Translations under genes and position numbers: made by a program
Shown: piece after piece, positions 18,820-28,028 of the stretch
How the letters are laid out: every line of letters starts with the position of its first letter
How positions within the stretch are numbered: position 1 is the first letter of the stretch
Notes under the pieces: model-generated
Database searches by the model: none
Told to the model about the DNA's origin: nothing
The model's input: the letters and a program-made list of their open reading frames with translations, nothing else
Assembly: GCA_030145345.1 (NCBI GenBank)
Contig: JAQYVT010000002.1
Span: 11,095 to 75,094, forward strand
Source of the DNA: Desulfobacterales bacterium
Lineage (GTDB): Bacteria > Desulfobacterota > Desulfobacteria > Desulfobacterales > UBA11574
Direction: 5' to 3'
Length of the DNA: 64,000 nt

Positions 18820-20787
18820 CTATTCTTTTACCTTTCTAATGTGAAGATCGATGTTAATGTGTGCCTGTCTCCCGTCTTCGTACTTGACCGTGGTATCGAT
18901 ATGCACATTATCATCGTCAGAATAGAGGGCGTCCACAATTTCCTGATACCTTTTCTCCACAAACGACCGCCGAAGTTTGCGCGTTCGTGTAAGTTCATCA
19001 TCATCTGCATCGAATTCCTTGTACAGGTTGATGAACTTTTCGACTCTGGCGGCTTCCGGGAGATCCTTGTTGGCCTGACGTATCTGCGCTTCCACCAGGT
19101 TGTAGACCTCGGGAATCTGTGATAGTTCCTGATAGCTCGTATAATTGATCTTTTTTTCATCCGCCCATTTGCCCGCCACGGCGTAATCGATACAGATGAC
19201 TGCGGTGACATATTCCCGCTGGTCTCCGATGACCCAGGAATCTCTCACATATGGGCTGAATTTCATGCGGGTTTCCAGATACTGGGGAGAGAAAGGTTTT
19301 CCGTCTCTAAGGGTAAAGACGTCCTTGGTACGGTCAAAGACAACCAGGTGACCGTCATCATCGATAAACCCTTTGTCACCGGAGTACAACCACCCGTCCT
19401 TCAGCGTCTCTTTGTCCGCTTCCGGGTTTTTATAATATCCCAGAAAAACCGAAGGGCTTCGGGTAAGAATCTCTCCTTCTTCGGTGATCTTTATTTCCGT
19501 TTCCGGAATCGGATGGCCCACGGTATCAAATTTTATGTCTCCGCTGCGATGCACCACCGAAATGCCGGCGACTTCGGTCTGGCCGTAAATCTGTTTGAGA
19601 TTGACCCCAAGGGCATGAAAAAAACGAAAGTGGTCCGGCCCCATGGCCGCCCCGCCGGTATAGGCATTTCGGACACGAGACAGACCGAGATGATCCTTAA
19701 CTTTATTCTGGACCGTAATCGATGCCAACCACCCCAAAAATGCCCAGTACCAAGGTATGGTTTTTTTCTGAAACTTAAGATCTGCCACATGATAACCGAT
19801 CTTGGTGGAGTACTCATAGCATTTCCGCTTGATCCAGGTGGAATCCAAATACTTGACCTGGACCGTTCGGGTCATCTGCTCGTACATCCGCGGAGGGGCG
19901 AACATCACATGGGGGCCGATTTCTCTGATATTATCCTGAGCGGTTTCAGGGGCCTCGGGGAAATTGATGGTGTATCCCACCTGTAACCCGCAGGAGATCG
20001 ACATCATCTGTTCTCCGATCCAGGCAAAGGGGAGATAAGAGACATAATCATCCGTAGGCTTGCACGGATCCACCGCCATAAGGTGCTGGCCCATGGTCAA
20101 CATGTTATTGTGGGAAAGCAGTGCGCCTTTGGGAAGTGAGGTTGTTCCGGAAGTATAAAACAGTAAGGCGACCTCGTCTCCGTGGCCTTTATCGATCATC
20201 TCTTTGAATAACTGTGGCTGTTGTCGATCCAGTTCCCGGCCCAGCTCTTGAACTTCCCTGAGGCTGATCAGATAATCTTCATTATAGTTTCGCAACCCTT
20301 TTGGATCATCCCAGACAATCTTTTCCAACCTGGGACATTCATTAAAAATAGAGATGGCTTTGTCGACTTCCTCTTGACCTTCACCGAATATAAATTTAGT
20401 GTCTGAATGGTCAATGATATACTTGACTTCCTCGATCAAGGAGTCCTGGAACAGCCATACGCCCACACCCCTGGCACAGAGCGCGGCCATTTCTGCCCAA
20501 AGACCTTCCGGGCGATTGTCCCCGATCATGGCGACCTTGTCCCCTTCTTCGAGGCCTAAACGAACGAGACCCAGTGCCAAATATTTGACATTTTCCAAAT
20601 AATCATGCCAGGTAATCGGCCGCCATATGCCAAACTCCTTTTCCCGCATGACCACCCTGCCCTTTCCGTATTCGGTGGCTTTTTCATAAAATAATTTGGG
20701 AATGGTCAGATCTTTTGTAACTTCAACATTGTATTTGCTGTTATTCTGAACTGTTTTATCTCCGTGTTGCATAGAGGTCCTCTTCAC
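18820..20787 (-). CDS. Long AMP-binding acyl-CoA ligase embedded in the ABC operon
   Basis: 655 aa with FYTSGTTSLPKGALLSH (A3), YGQTEVAG (A5), SGDKGFIDDDGHLVVFDRTKD (A8) and a C-terminal extension. It overlaps the stop of the LivG-like gene. Confidence 0.85.
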   Translation of the reverse strand: MKRTSMQHGDKTVQNNSKYNVEVTKDLTIPKLFYEKATEYGKGRVVMREKEFGIWRPITWHDYLENVKYLALGLVRLGLEEGDKVAMIGDNRPEGLWAEMAALCARGVGVWLFQDSLIEEVKYIIDHSDTKFIFGEGQEEVDKAISIFNECPRLEKIVWDDPKGLRNYNEDYLISLREVQELGRELDRQQPQLFKEMIDKGHGDEVALLFYTSGTTSLPKGALLSHNNMLTMGQHLMAVDPCKPTDDYVSYLPFAWIGEQMMSISCGLQVGYTINFPEAPETAQDNIREIGPHVMFAPPRMYEQMTRTVQVKYLDSTWIKRKCYEYSTKIGYHVADLKFQKKTIPWYWAFLGWLASITVQNKVKDHLGLSRVRNAYTGGAAMGPDHFRFFHALGVNLKQIYGQTEVAGISVVHRSGDIKFDTVGHPIPETEIKITEEGEILTRSPSVFLGYYKNPEADKETLKDGWLYSGDKGFIDDDGHLVVFDRTKDVFTLRDGKPFSPQYLETRMKFSPYVRDSWVIGDQREYVTAVICIDYAVAGKWADEKKINYTSYQELSQIPEVYNLVEAQIRQANKDLPEAARVEKFINLYKEFDADDDELTRTRKLRRSFVEKRYQEIVDALYSDDDNVHIDTTVKYEDGRQAHINIDLHIRKVKE

Positions 20788-21577
20788 CCAGGTAGGCCTT
20801 AATCACCTCAGGATGATTCTGGACTTCCCCAGGTGTACCGTCGATAATCATGTTGCCGAAATTGAGAACAAAAACATGATCGGATAGATCCATCACCACA
20901 CCCATGTCATGCTCCACCAGAATACAGGTGACTTTCCAGCGTTCTTCTTCATTAATGTCTATTACAAACCGGGCCATGTCCTCCACTTCTTCGAGATTGA
21001 GTCCGGCCAGTGGTTCATCCAGAATTAATAGTTCAGGGTCCAGGGCCAGGGCCCGGCCCAGTTCCACACGTTTTTGCAGTCCATACGGCAGCATCCCCAC
21101 AGGTTTATGCCGGATATGCTCGATCTCCAAGAGATCGATGATCTCTTCCTCGATAAAGGTTCGGTGCTCGATCTCTTCCTGGGCGGTTTTGCCGACATAT
21201 ATGGATCCGCTGATAATGCCGGATTTTAAATGGATATGCCGTCCCAGACGAATGTTATCCAATACCGTCATGCCGCCGAAAACCTCGACTTTCTGAAACG
21301 TTCTCGCAATACCCAATTCAGCACGCTGAAAAGGCCTATGCTTATTGATGTTTCTTTGTTTGTAATAGATATTCCCCTTTTGCGGGGTATAAAGGCCGTT
21401 GATAATATTCATCATCACCGTTTTGCCGGCGCCGTTGGGCCCGATTACAGAATGTATCTCACCTTTTCTTATTTTCAGGTTAACGCCGGCAAGGGCACAT
21501 ACCTTGCCAAAAAACATATGGACATCCTCGAGTTCCAACAGGACGTCATTTTCTTTTAGATCGTCTGATGCTGCCAA
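20756..21577 (-). CDS. HAAT-family ABC ATP-binding protein, LivG-like
   Basis: Walker A GPNGAGKT, signature LPYGLQKRVEL and Walker B LLILDEPLAG, plus the LivG-type insertion. Confidence 0.85.
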   Translation of the reverse strand: MAASDDLKENDVLLELEDVHMFFGKVCALAGVNLKIRKGEIHSVIGPNGAGKTVMMNIINGLYTPQKGNIYYKQRNINKHRPFQRAELGIARTFQKVEVFGGMTVLDNIRLGRHIHLKSGIISGSIYVGKTAQEEIEHRTFIEEEIIDLLEIEHIRHKPVGMLPYGLQKRVELGRALALDPELLILDEPLAGLNLEEVEDMARFVIDINEEERWKVTCILVEHDMGVVMDLSDHVFVLNFGNMIIDGTPGEVQNHPEVIKAYLGEEDLYATRR

Positions 21578-21884
21578 TATTTTTCACCTTCACTGATACA
21601 ATCGCGTTGGGATTCCAACCACGTCCGCTTTCGGGGGACTCGAAAAAAGAAATTCCGATTCGGTGGCGCTCGTTCTGCTCCGTCCACAGCGGAATAGAAA
21701 TTTTGAAAAATTTAACAGGTGTTCATTCTTAAAAAAGAATTTCGAAAACCTATTTCCTGAATATCATTCATTTTCGATCAAGAGATAATATAAATATTTT
21801 CAATTAATCAAGTAAAAATGCGTTAAATCGACGAATTCGAAAATTAATTTTTCAATTCATGATTCCGATCTGCCGAAGTTTGGA

Positions 21885-21916
21885 TAAAAAATGGGGATGT
21901 ATTTTTGCACATCCCC
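21885..21916 (-). terminator. Intrinsic terminator downstream of the LOG gene
   Basis: On the minus strand: GGGGATGT, an 8-nt loop, ACATCCCC, then TTTTTT. Confidence 0.6.
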
Positions 21917-22129
21917 AAACGGAGCCGTCTTAGGGTGATCACCGGGCGCCAGGTCAAAACCTTCCGGCCAGTGATTTTTGGCGCTTCTGGCAAAAAGGGT
22001 TTAGCGAAGCGTCGTAAAAAAATTTTGTACTGTATGAGGGGGATCGCCCGAGTTCTAAGAATTTATCACAGCGAGCTTAGTGCTTTGCAAAAGGCTCAAA
22101 CCAACGAATGGGAGGTTTTGAAATTGCCC

Positions 22130-22780
22130 TTACAAAATAATCACTTTCTGTACAGCTTTGACAATTTCTTCAGGATCATCCATGATCTGTAGAATTTCAA
22201 GGTCTTCCGGAGATATCCGTTTTTCACCCAGCAACTTGTCTTTTATCCAGTCGATAAGCCCTGCCCAGTATTCCGAGCCCACCAGAATCAACGGAAACGG
22301 CTTTATGCGACGGGTCTGAACCAGCGTGACCGCTTCAAACAGTTCATCCAGGGTGCCGAAACCACCCGGAAGAATAATATAGGCACTGGCATATTTGATG
22401 AACATAACTTTGCGAATAAAAAAGTATTTAAAGTCGAGTTTAACATTTGAAAAGGAATTCGGTTCCTGCTCGAAGGGAAGAATAATATTCAGCCCAACCG
22501 ATGTGCCCCCTGCATCTGCGGCACCCCTGTTGGCGGCTTCCATAACACCTCCGCCCCCGCCGGTGATAACAGAAAAGCCGTTTTTTACAAAAAGTTCCGA
22601 TAGTTTTTCAGCTTTTTTATAAACCGCATCATTCGATTTAATTCTTGCCGAACCGAAGATGCTCACGGCAGGCCCTAAATCATGGAGGGTATCCACCCCT
22701 TCAACAAACTCTCCCATGATTTTAAAAAGTCGCCAGGGTTCCCCGAGCGTTAAATCGTCAACTACAAACTGTTTTTCCAT
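22130..22780 (-). CDS. LOG-family protein (TIGR00730 type; cytokinin-riboside-5'-monophosphate phosphoribohydrolase-like)
   Basis: GGGGGVMEAANRGA and PGGFGTLDELFE motifs are present. I prefer the ATG at 22780 (MEKQFVV) over the tracked GTG at 22837, which would overlap the upstream UGA-containing gene. Confidence 0.85.
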   Translation of the reverse strand: MEKQFVVDDLTLGEPWRLFKIMGEFVEGVDTLHDLGPAVSIFGSARIKSNDAVYKKAEKLSELFVKNGFSVITGGGGGVMEAANRGAADAGGTSVGLNIILPFEQEPNSFSNVKLDFKYFFIRKVMFIKYASAYIILPGGFGTLDELFEAVTLVQTRRIKPFPLILVGSEYWAGLIDWIKDKLLGEKRISPEDLEILQIMDDPEEIVKAVQKVIIL

Positions 22781-22833
22781 TTTTATCCGCGACTCACTTT
22801 GATATCGACATACAGCCGACATGCCTAAACGTT

Positions 22834-23052
22834 TCACGTCCCCCCGTTGAATCCGATGGTAACATCATCCTGATCCACAATGACCGGAACCTTGCGTATA
22901 CCGTCGGAATATTTCAGCATGGTCTTCATTTGACCGGGATCCGTCTTAACGCTAAAGTAGTCGACCGCCCGGCCCTGCTTGGCAAAAGCTTCACGAGCTT
23001 GATTGGTATAGGGTCAAGTGTCTTTGCCGAAAATCAATATTTTATCAGCCAT
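22834..23052 (-). CDS. Glutaredoxin-like (YruB-type) small redox protein with in-frame TGA at the active-site position; candidate selenoprotein
   Basis: Not in the ORF track. The ATG at 23052 is preceded by GGAGG 8 nt upstream. The translation is MADKILIFGKDT-U-PYTNQAREAFAKQGRAVDYFSVKTDPGQMKTMLKYSDGIRKVPVIVDQDDVTIGFNGGT. The TGA (23016-23014) sits where Grx proteins have the first Cys of CPYC. The frame then stays open for 59 more codons that keep the Grx fold signature (VPVIxxDD..IGF). Confidence 0.65.
22986..23000 (-). promoter_or_regulatory. Possible bacterial SECIS apical hairpin
   Basis: AAGCU-CGUGA-AGCUU begins 13 nt 3' of the UGA, and the loop contains GU. The stem is only 5 bp by eye, so it needs a proper fold. 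Confidence 0.3.
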
Positions 23053-23260
23053 GGGTCTTCCCTCCCTAAGCTATAACTCCAATTGATACCTGAGTACAAT
23101 AAAAAATGATTCCTTGCAATTTCAGACTTTTGCAATTAATAGTCAGAAAATCACTAACAGCTATTTAATCTTTTGTCAATGATTACAGATTGACAAATAC
23201 CATGGTGGTTGATAAAAATTTTTATGAATCTTAAAGGGGCGTTATTTTCTAATTTGTACG

Positions 23261-23542
23261 ATGAACAAATCTGATAACAGGCTTTCAAAGAGTGTTACCA
23301 TTACAAACGATCTTGGCCTTCACGCAAGATCCGCAGCTCAGATAGCAAAACTCGCCCAAAACGTAAAATCAAAAGTGTGGATCATAAAGGACCGAGAAAA
23401 GGTGGATGCCGCCAGCATCATCGACATTCTTACGCTGGCCTGCGCCAAAGGATCAAAACTTACTTTAAAAATTGACGATCAATCGGATCTTGATATTTTA
23501 AACGATATCGCCCAGCTGATTGAAAGCGGCTTTGGAGAATAA
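23261..23542 (+). CDS. ptsH: Phosphocarrier protein HPr
   Basis: 93 aa. The active-site region is NDLGLHARSAAQIAKLA (His15 context), and a Ser is retained at the Ser46-like position (VDAASIIDIL). Confidence 0.85.
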   Translation: MNKSDNRLSKSVTITNDLGLHARSAAQIAKLAQNVKSKVWIIKDREKVDAASIIDILTLACAKGSKLTLKIDDQSDLDILNDIAQLIESGFGE

Positions 23543-23548
23543 CCGGGC

Positions 23549-25321
23549 ATGTTTGATACCAACGAAATGGAAATACACCTTCAGGGTATTGGTGTTTCTC
23601 CGGGCATTTGCATCGGCAAGGCATACCTGGTGGGCAAGGAAGGCGTTGATATTGTCGATAAATACTTAATCGCTGACGATGATTTGCAAAACGAAATCAA
23701 ACGGTTCAAATCTGCCGTAAAAAATGCCAAGGATAAACTGCAAGAAATCATTGAGTCAATGCCTGAAGGATTAGGCGAACACGTCTATATTCTTGAAACC
23801 CACAAGGTTATGTTTAAGGACAAGATGCTCTATGGCAAGACCATAAAAACCATAGAAAAAGAACGGGTAAACGCTGAATGGGCGCTCAAGAAAGTCGTAT
23901 CGAATGTCAAATCCATGTTTAACAATATGACGGACGCTTATTTACAGGGGCGGGTGGCCGACTTTGTACATGTATCTGAGAGCATCATGCAGAACCTTGT
24001 CGGGGCAAAAACGGTAGATATCGCCGCCATCGACAAACGGGTCATACTGGTTGCCAAGGACATCTCCCCTGCAGAAACCAGCCAGATACAACTGGAAAAG
24101 ATAAAGGGGCTTGTAACCGATCTCGGCGGCAAGACATCGCATACGGGAATCATTGCCCGGACCTTTGAAATTCCCGCTGTTCAGGGCCTTGACAATGCCA
24201 CCCGGACAATCAAAAACGACAATATCATCATCGTAGACGGCAATTCCGGCATTGTCATCGTCAACCCCACGGATCAGACCCTGATAGAGTTCGAAGAACG
24301 TCAATCCAGATACGAAGAATATCGATCAGTTATTACCAGAGACAGCCATCTTCCGGCTGAAACAACCGATGGGTTCAAACTTGAGGTTATGGGAAATATT
24401 GAACTCCCTGAAGAGGTTGTTTCCGTAATCAACTATGGTGGAGACGGTATCGGACTTTTCCGAACTGAATTTCAATATTTAAGCCAATTTCATTTCCCCG
24501 GTGAGGATGAGCTGTTTGACCAATACAAGGATGTCATTGAAGTCATGACGCCACAACCCGTGACGATTCGAACCCTCGACATCAGCGGCGATAAAACAGT
24601 GTCTTATGCCACTAATTCCGAAGAAAAGAACCCTGTTCTAGGACTTCGTGGAATACGGTACTGTTTAAAAAAACCGGAAGTTTTCAAAACCCAGCTACGT
24701 GCCATACTCAGGGCCTCTGCATTCGGTAAAATCAGAATTCTGTTTCCGATGATATCACGCCAAGAAGAAATCTTGGCGGCCAAAAAGATGTTGGCTGAGG
24801 CTGCCGATTCTCTGGATAAAGAAGGGACACCGTTTGACGAGAACATAGAGATCGGCATAATGATAGAAGTCCCTTCGGCCGCGATCATGGCGGATGTAAT
24901 GGCAAAGGAAGTCGATTTCTTCAGTATCGGAACCAACGACCTTATACAGTATACCTTGGCAGTGGACAGAGTCAACACACAGGTTGCCCACCTGTATCAG
25001 CCGCTCAACCCAGCCATTATCCGGATGATCAAACATGTTGCCGATGTCGCAAAGAACAGCGACGTGAAAGTTTTCATGTGCGGAGAGATGGCAAGTGACC
25101 CGGTTAACATACCGATGCTTTTAGGATTGGGAATTAAAAGATTGAGCATGAATCCTCAGTCAATACCGGCAATTAAAAAAATTATTCGATCCCTCAATGT
25201 CGAAGATGCCAAACGCTTTACCAAAGAGGTTCTAAAAGAGACATCCGAGACGGGCGTGTTGGAACTGCTCAGTAAAACTTACAACAGCAAACTGTTCGAA
25301 ATAGGCTATACCGAATCATAA
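23549..25321 (+). CDS. ptsI: Phosphoenolpyruvate-protein phosphotransferase (PTS Enzyme I)
   Basis: 590 aa with GGKTSHTGIIARTFEIPAV (phospho-His loop), GLFRTEF and FFSIGTNDLIQYTLAVDR motifs. Confidence 0.9.
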   Translation: MFDTNEMEIHLQGIGVSPGICIGKAYLVGKEGVDIVDKYLIADDDLQNEIKRFKSAVKNAKDKLQEIIESMPEGLGEHVYILETHKVMFKDKMLYGKTIKTIEKERVNAEWALKKVVSNVKSMFNNMTDAYLQGRVADFVHVSESIMQNLVGAKTVDIAAIDKRVILVAKDISPAETSQIQLEKIKGLVTDLGGKTSHTGIIARTFEIPAVQGLDNATRTIKNDNIIIVDGNSGIVIVNPTDQTLIEFEERQSRYEEYRSVITRDSHLPAETTDGFKLEVMGNIELPEEVVSVINYGGDGIGLFRTEFQYLSQFHFPGEDELFDQYKDVIEVMTPQPVTIRTLDISGDKTVSYATNSEEKNPVLGLRGIRYCLKKPEVFKTQLRAILRASAFGKIRILFPMISRQEEILAAKKMLAEAADSLDKEGTPFDENIEIGIMIEVPSAAIMADVMAKEVDFFSIGTNDLIQYTLAVDRVNTQVAHLYQPLNPAIIRMIKHVADVAKNSDVKVFMCGEMASDPVNIPMLLGLGIKRLSMNPQSIPAIKKIIRSLNVEDAKRFTKEVLKETSETGVLELLSKTYNSKLFEIGYTES

Positions 25322-25435
25322 TCGCTTCCTTTTATTCCTTTGGTATCATGATGGTTTTCATGAATTTTCCAGGGCATCCTCGACCTTCGCTCGATGGGGG
25401 TATAAGATCGATTTTTCACCAAGGAGAAAAAACGT

Positions 25436-25894
25436 TTGAGCTCAAATCACATAAAAATTATAACTGAAAACAGAAAAGCCAGACACAACTATTTTATTGA
25501 AGATACGTACGAGGCTGGGATGGTCCTTCTGGGAACCGAAGTTAAATCACTTCGGCTGGGCCGCGTTAATTTGAAAGATTCATATGCCAGAATAAAAAAA
25601 GGGGAAGTGTTTGTTCACCAGATACATATCGGTGCGTATCCCTTCGCTTTTTATGGGAATCACGATCCTTTAAGAAAAAGAAAACTCCTTTTGCACAAGG
25701 GTGAAATAAAAAAGCTATACGGCAAAGTCAATGAAAAGGGGCTTTCCCTCATCCCCTTGAAGATTTATTTCCAGAACGGGAAGGCCAAATTGACCCTGGC
25801 CTTGGCCAAAGGCAAGCGCAAGTATGATAAACGGGAGACCATCCGACGGCGTGACGAACAAAGGGATCTCGAAAGGTCCAAAAAGGGCTATTAG
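25436..25894 (+). CDS. smpB: SsrA-binding protein SmpB
   Basis: 152 aa with NRKARHNYFIEDTYEAGMVLLGTEVKSLR ... RKRKLLLHKGEI ... the basic C-terminal tail KRKYDKRETIRRRD. Confidence 0.9.
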   Translation: MSSNHIKIITENRKARHNYFIEDTYEAGMVLLGTEVKSLRLGRVNLKDSYARIKKGEVFVHQIHIGAYPFAFYGNHDPLRKRKLLLHKGEIKKLYGKVNEKGLSLIPLKIYFQNGKAKLTLALAKGKRKYDKRETIRRRDEQRDLERSKKGY

Positions 25895-26232
25895 GGCCTG
25901 CTGCAAAAACCCGGTGCCTCGGAATTGTAGACCCCAAAAAATCGATATTCCACCCAGGCGATTCCAAAACTCTACCTTCGGGCTCAAACAGTTGGAATCG
26001 CATTTCTTTCACTTCGCCAAGGGCGAATTTCAGTGATACAGATACGGTGTTGTCAGACCGTCACAACAACCTAGCATGACGTCCCTGCCGACCCCTGGGT
26101 CCCGGGCGCTCAAACTCCCAAGAAACCCGGGATTCCCACCAAACCATTTCCACCTTGCATTTTCCATGAGGCGTGATTATATTTTTACCCATCGAGGGTA
26201 TTTAAAGGCTCGAGAAAAAAACAACTTTTCAA

Positions 26233-27999
26233 GTGGACATACTATCGAAGATGAAAGAACATAGCGAAAAAATTCCAGATCCTAAAGAAATCGAAAAGGA
26301 GATCGGCGATTTTCTGGCGAAAAAATTCGGCGGCAACGTTAAAATGATAACCCCAGTAGTTTTACCCCAGAAAGTCAATGCCGAAACGACCGAAAAAAAA
26401 GAAAAAAAAGAAAAAAAGATTAATTTTAATTTAAAACCCGAAGAACTCATCTCCTATCTCGACCAGTATATCGTTAAGCAGGATAACGCCAAAGCGATTC
26501 TGGCAACCAAAATATGTACCCATTTCAACCGAATAAAACGAGCGGAAAGCGGTTCTGAAGAGACCAATGACATGGTCGGCCACATCAAAAACAATATACT
26601 GATGTTCGGCCCCACCGGTGTCGGCAAAACGTACATCATCAAGCTGATCGCCAAAAAAATCAATGTCCCTTTTGTCAAGGGTGACGCCACCAAATTTAGC
26701 GAAACCGGTTATGTGGGCGGTGATGTTGAAGATCTTGTCCGTGACCTCGTAAGGGAAGCAGACGATGATATTGAACTTGCTCAATACGGTATCGTCTACA
26801 TCGATGAAATCGACAAAATTGCATCCGGCCGAAACATCATCGGTGTCGATGTATCCCGATCCGGCGTCCAGCGCGCGCTGCTCAAACCCATGGAAGAGAC
26901 CGAGGTCGATTTAAAGGTACCCCATGATCCTATTTCCATGATTCAAGAGATCGAACGGTTTCGTAAAACAGGCAAGCGGGATAAAAGAGCCGTCAATACG
27001 AGCAAAATACTGTTTATTATGAGCGGAGCCTTTGGCGATTTGCCCCGGATTGTTAAAAAACGGGTTGCCACCCAGGAAATCGGCTTTGGCGCACACATTA
27101 AAAACCTTCAGGATGATGTGGACATCCTTAAACAGGCAAAGGCGGAAGACCTCATTGAATTCGGATTTGAATCTGAATTTGTGGGACGGCTTCCGGTGAG
27201 GGCTGTCTTTGAAAAATTGACCGAAGATGACCTTTTCGAAATCCTGAAAAACCCCAGCAACCCGATAATTCTCGGCAAAAAACTCGATTTTGCGGCGTAT
27301 GATATCGATATAAAATTTGAAGACAAGGCCCTTAATTTTTTAGCAAAAAAGGCCTTTCAAGAAAATACCGGTGCAAGGGGTCTCGTCAGTGCAGTTGAAG
27401 GGGCACTGCTGGTGTTCGAAAAGAAATTTCCGTCATGCAACATCAAAAAATTTCCGGTGACCCGCGCTGTGGTTGAAGATCCCGAAAGGTCACTTAAAAA
27501 AATACTCGCAGTGTCAGATCCCGGCCAATTAAATGAAACGTATGAGAAACTGCTTCTTGAAGAAAAGGAATATCTTAAACAGTATTTAAACCTAAACAAG
27601 AAAAATCTATCCGAAAAATATGCGTTGACGCTTACACCTTCGCGCATTGAAGTGGTGGCTTCATATTACGCAAATCACATCATGGATATTGAAAGGGTCA
27701 TCAAAAAGATCAAATCCTTTTATGATGACATTAAGAAAATAGAATTATACTTTTATAAAAATCATGACATCAACATTGTCATGGAAGATGATGCCATTGA
27801 TTACATTATTGAACAGTTTGAAAATTTCGCCTACGATCATGAAGCATTTTACGACCATCTGACAACAGATTTTGAATATGGACTCAAACTGGTTCAAGAA
27901 AAAACAGGTAAAAATCGTTTCTTCATTACCAAGAATGCGCTATTGAATCCTGAATCTTTTATAAGCAGTCTCATTCAGAACGAGTTAAGTGCCCCCTAA
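26233..27999 (+). CDS. ClpX-family AAA+ unfoldase paralogue with no N-terminal zinc-binding domain and a ~160-aa C-terminal extension
   Basis: 588 aa with Walker A GPTGVGKTY, pore-1 loop ETGYVGGDVE, Walker B IVYIDEIDKI, sensor/arg-finger SGAF..L and an IGF-type ClpP-docking loop (QEIGFGAHIK). The N terminus is K/E-rich with no CxxC pairs. The start is either GTG 26233 or ATG 26251. Confidence 0.8.
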   Translation: MDILSKMKEHSEKIPDPKEIEKEIGDFLAKKFGGNVKMITPVVLPQKVNAETTEKKEKKEKKINFNLKPEELISYLDQYIVKQDNAKAILATKICTHFNRIKRAESGSEETNDMVGHIKNNILMFGPTGVGKTYIIKLIAKKINVPFVKGDATKFSETGYVGGDVEDLVRDLVREADDDIELAQYGIVYIDEIDKIASGRNIIGVDVSRSGVQRALLKPMEETEVDLKVPHDPISMIQEIERFRKTGKRDKRAVNTSKILFIMSGAFGDLPRIVKKRVATQEIGFGAHIKNLQDDVDILKQAKAEDLIEFGFESEFVGRLPVRAVFEKLTEDDLFEILKNPSNPIILGKKLDFAAYDIDIKFEDKALNFLAKKAFQENTGARGLVSAVEGALLVFEKKFPSCNIKKFPVTRAVVEDPERSLKKILAVSDPGQLNETYEKLLLEEKEYLKQYLNLNKKNLSEKYALTLTPSRIEVVASYYANHIMDIERVIKKIKSFYDDIKKIELYFYKNHDINIVMEDDAIDYIIEQFENFAYDHEAFYDHLTTDFEYGLKLVQEKTGKNRFFITKNALLNPESFISSLIQNELSAP

Positions 28000-28028
28000 T
28001 CTTCAATTCTTGAACTGGAAATATCGAT

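Noticed and set aside
21905-22192. A 95-aa plus-strand ORF between the Liv-type operon and the LOG gene.
   Set aside because: It begins inside the terminator hairpin of the LOG gene and overlaps the LOG 3' end. It has no SD, and its sequence is basic and low-complexity.
25895-26232. I looked for the tmRNA gene (ssrA), which often lies next to smpB.
   Set aside because: Neither strand shows a tRNA-Ala-like acceptor with a GGGGC 5' end, a GGTTCGA T-loop or a properly placed CCACCA 3' end. The lone CCCACCA at about 26135 has no T-arm in front of it.
26393-26417. An A8-G-A8-G-A7 tract inside the ClpX-paralogue gene as a possible slippage or phase-variation site.
   Set aside because: It encodes an in-frame K/E-rich linker (TEKKEKKEKK), and the downstream frame is intact. 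Without population data there is no sign of switching, so I treat it as low-complexity coding sequence.
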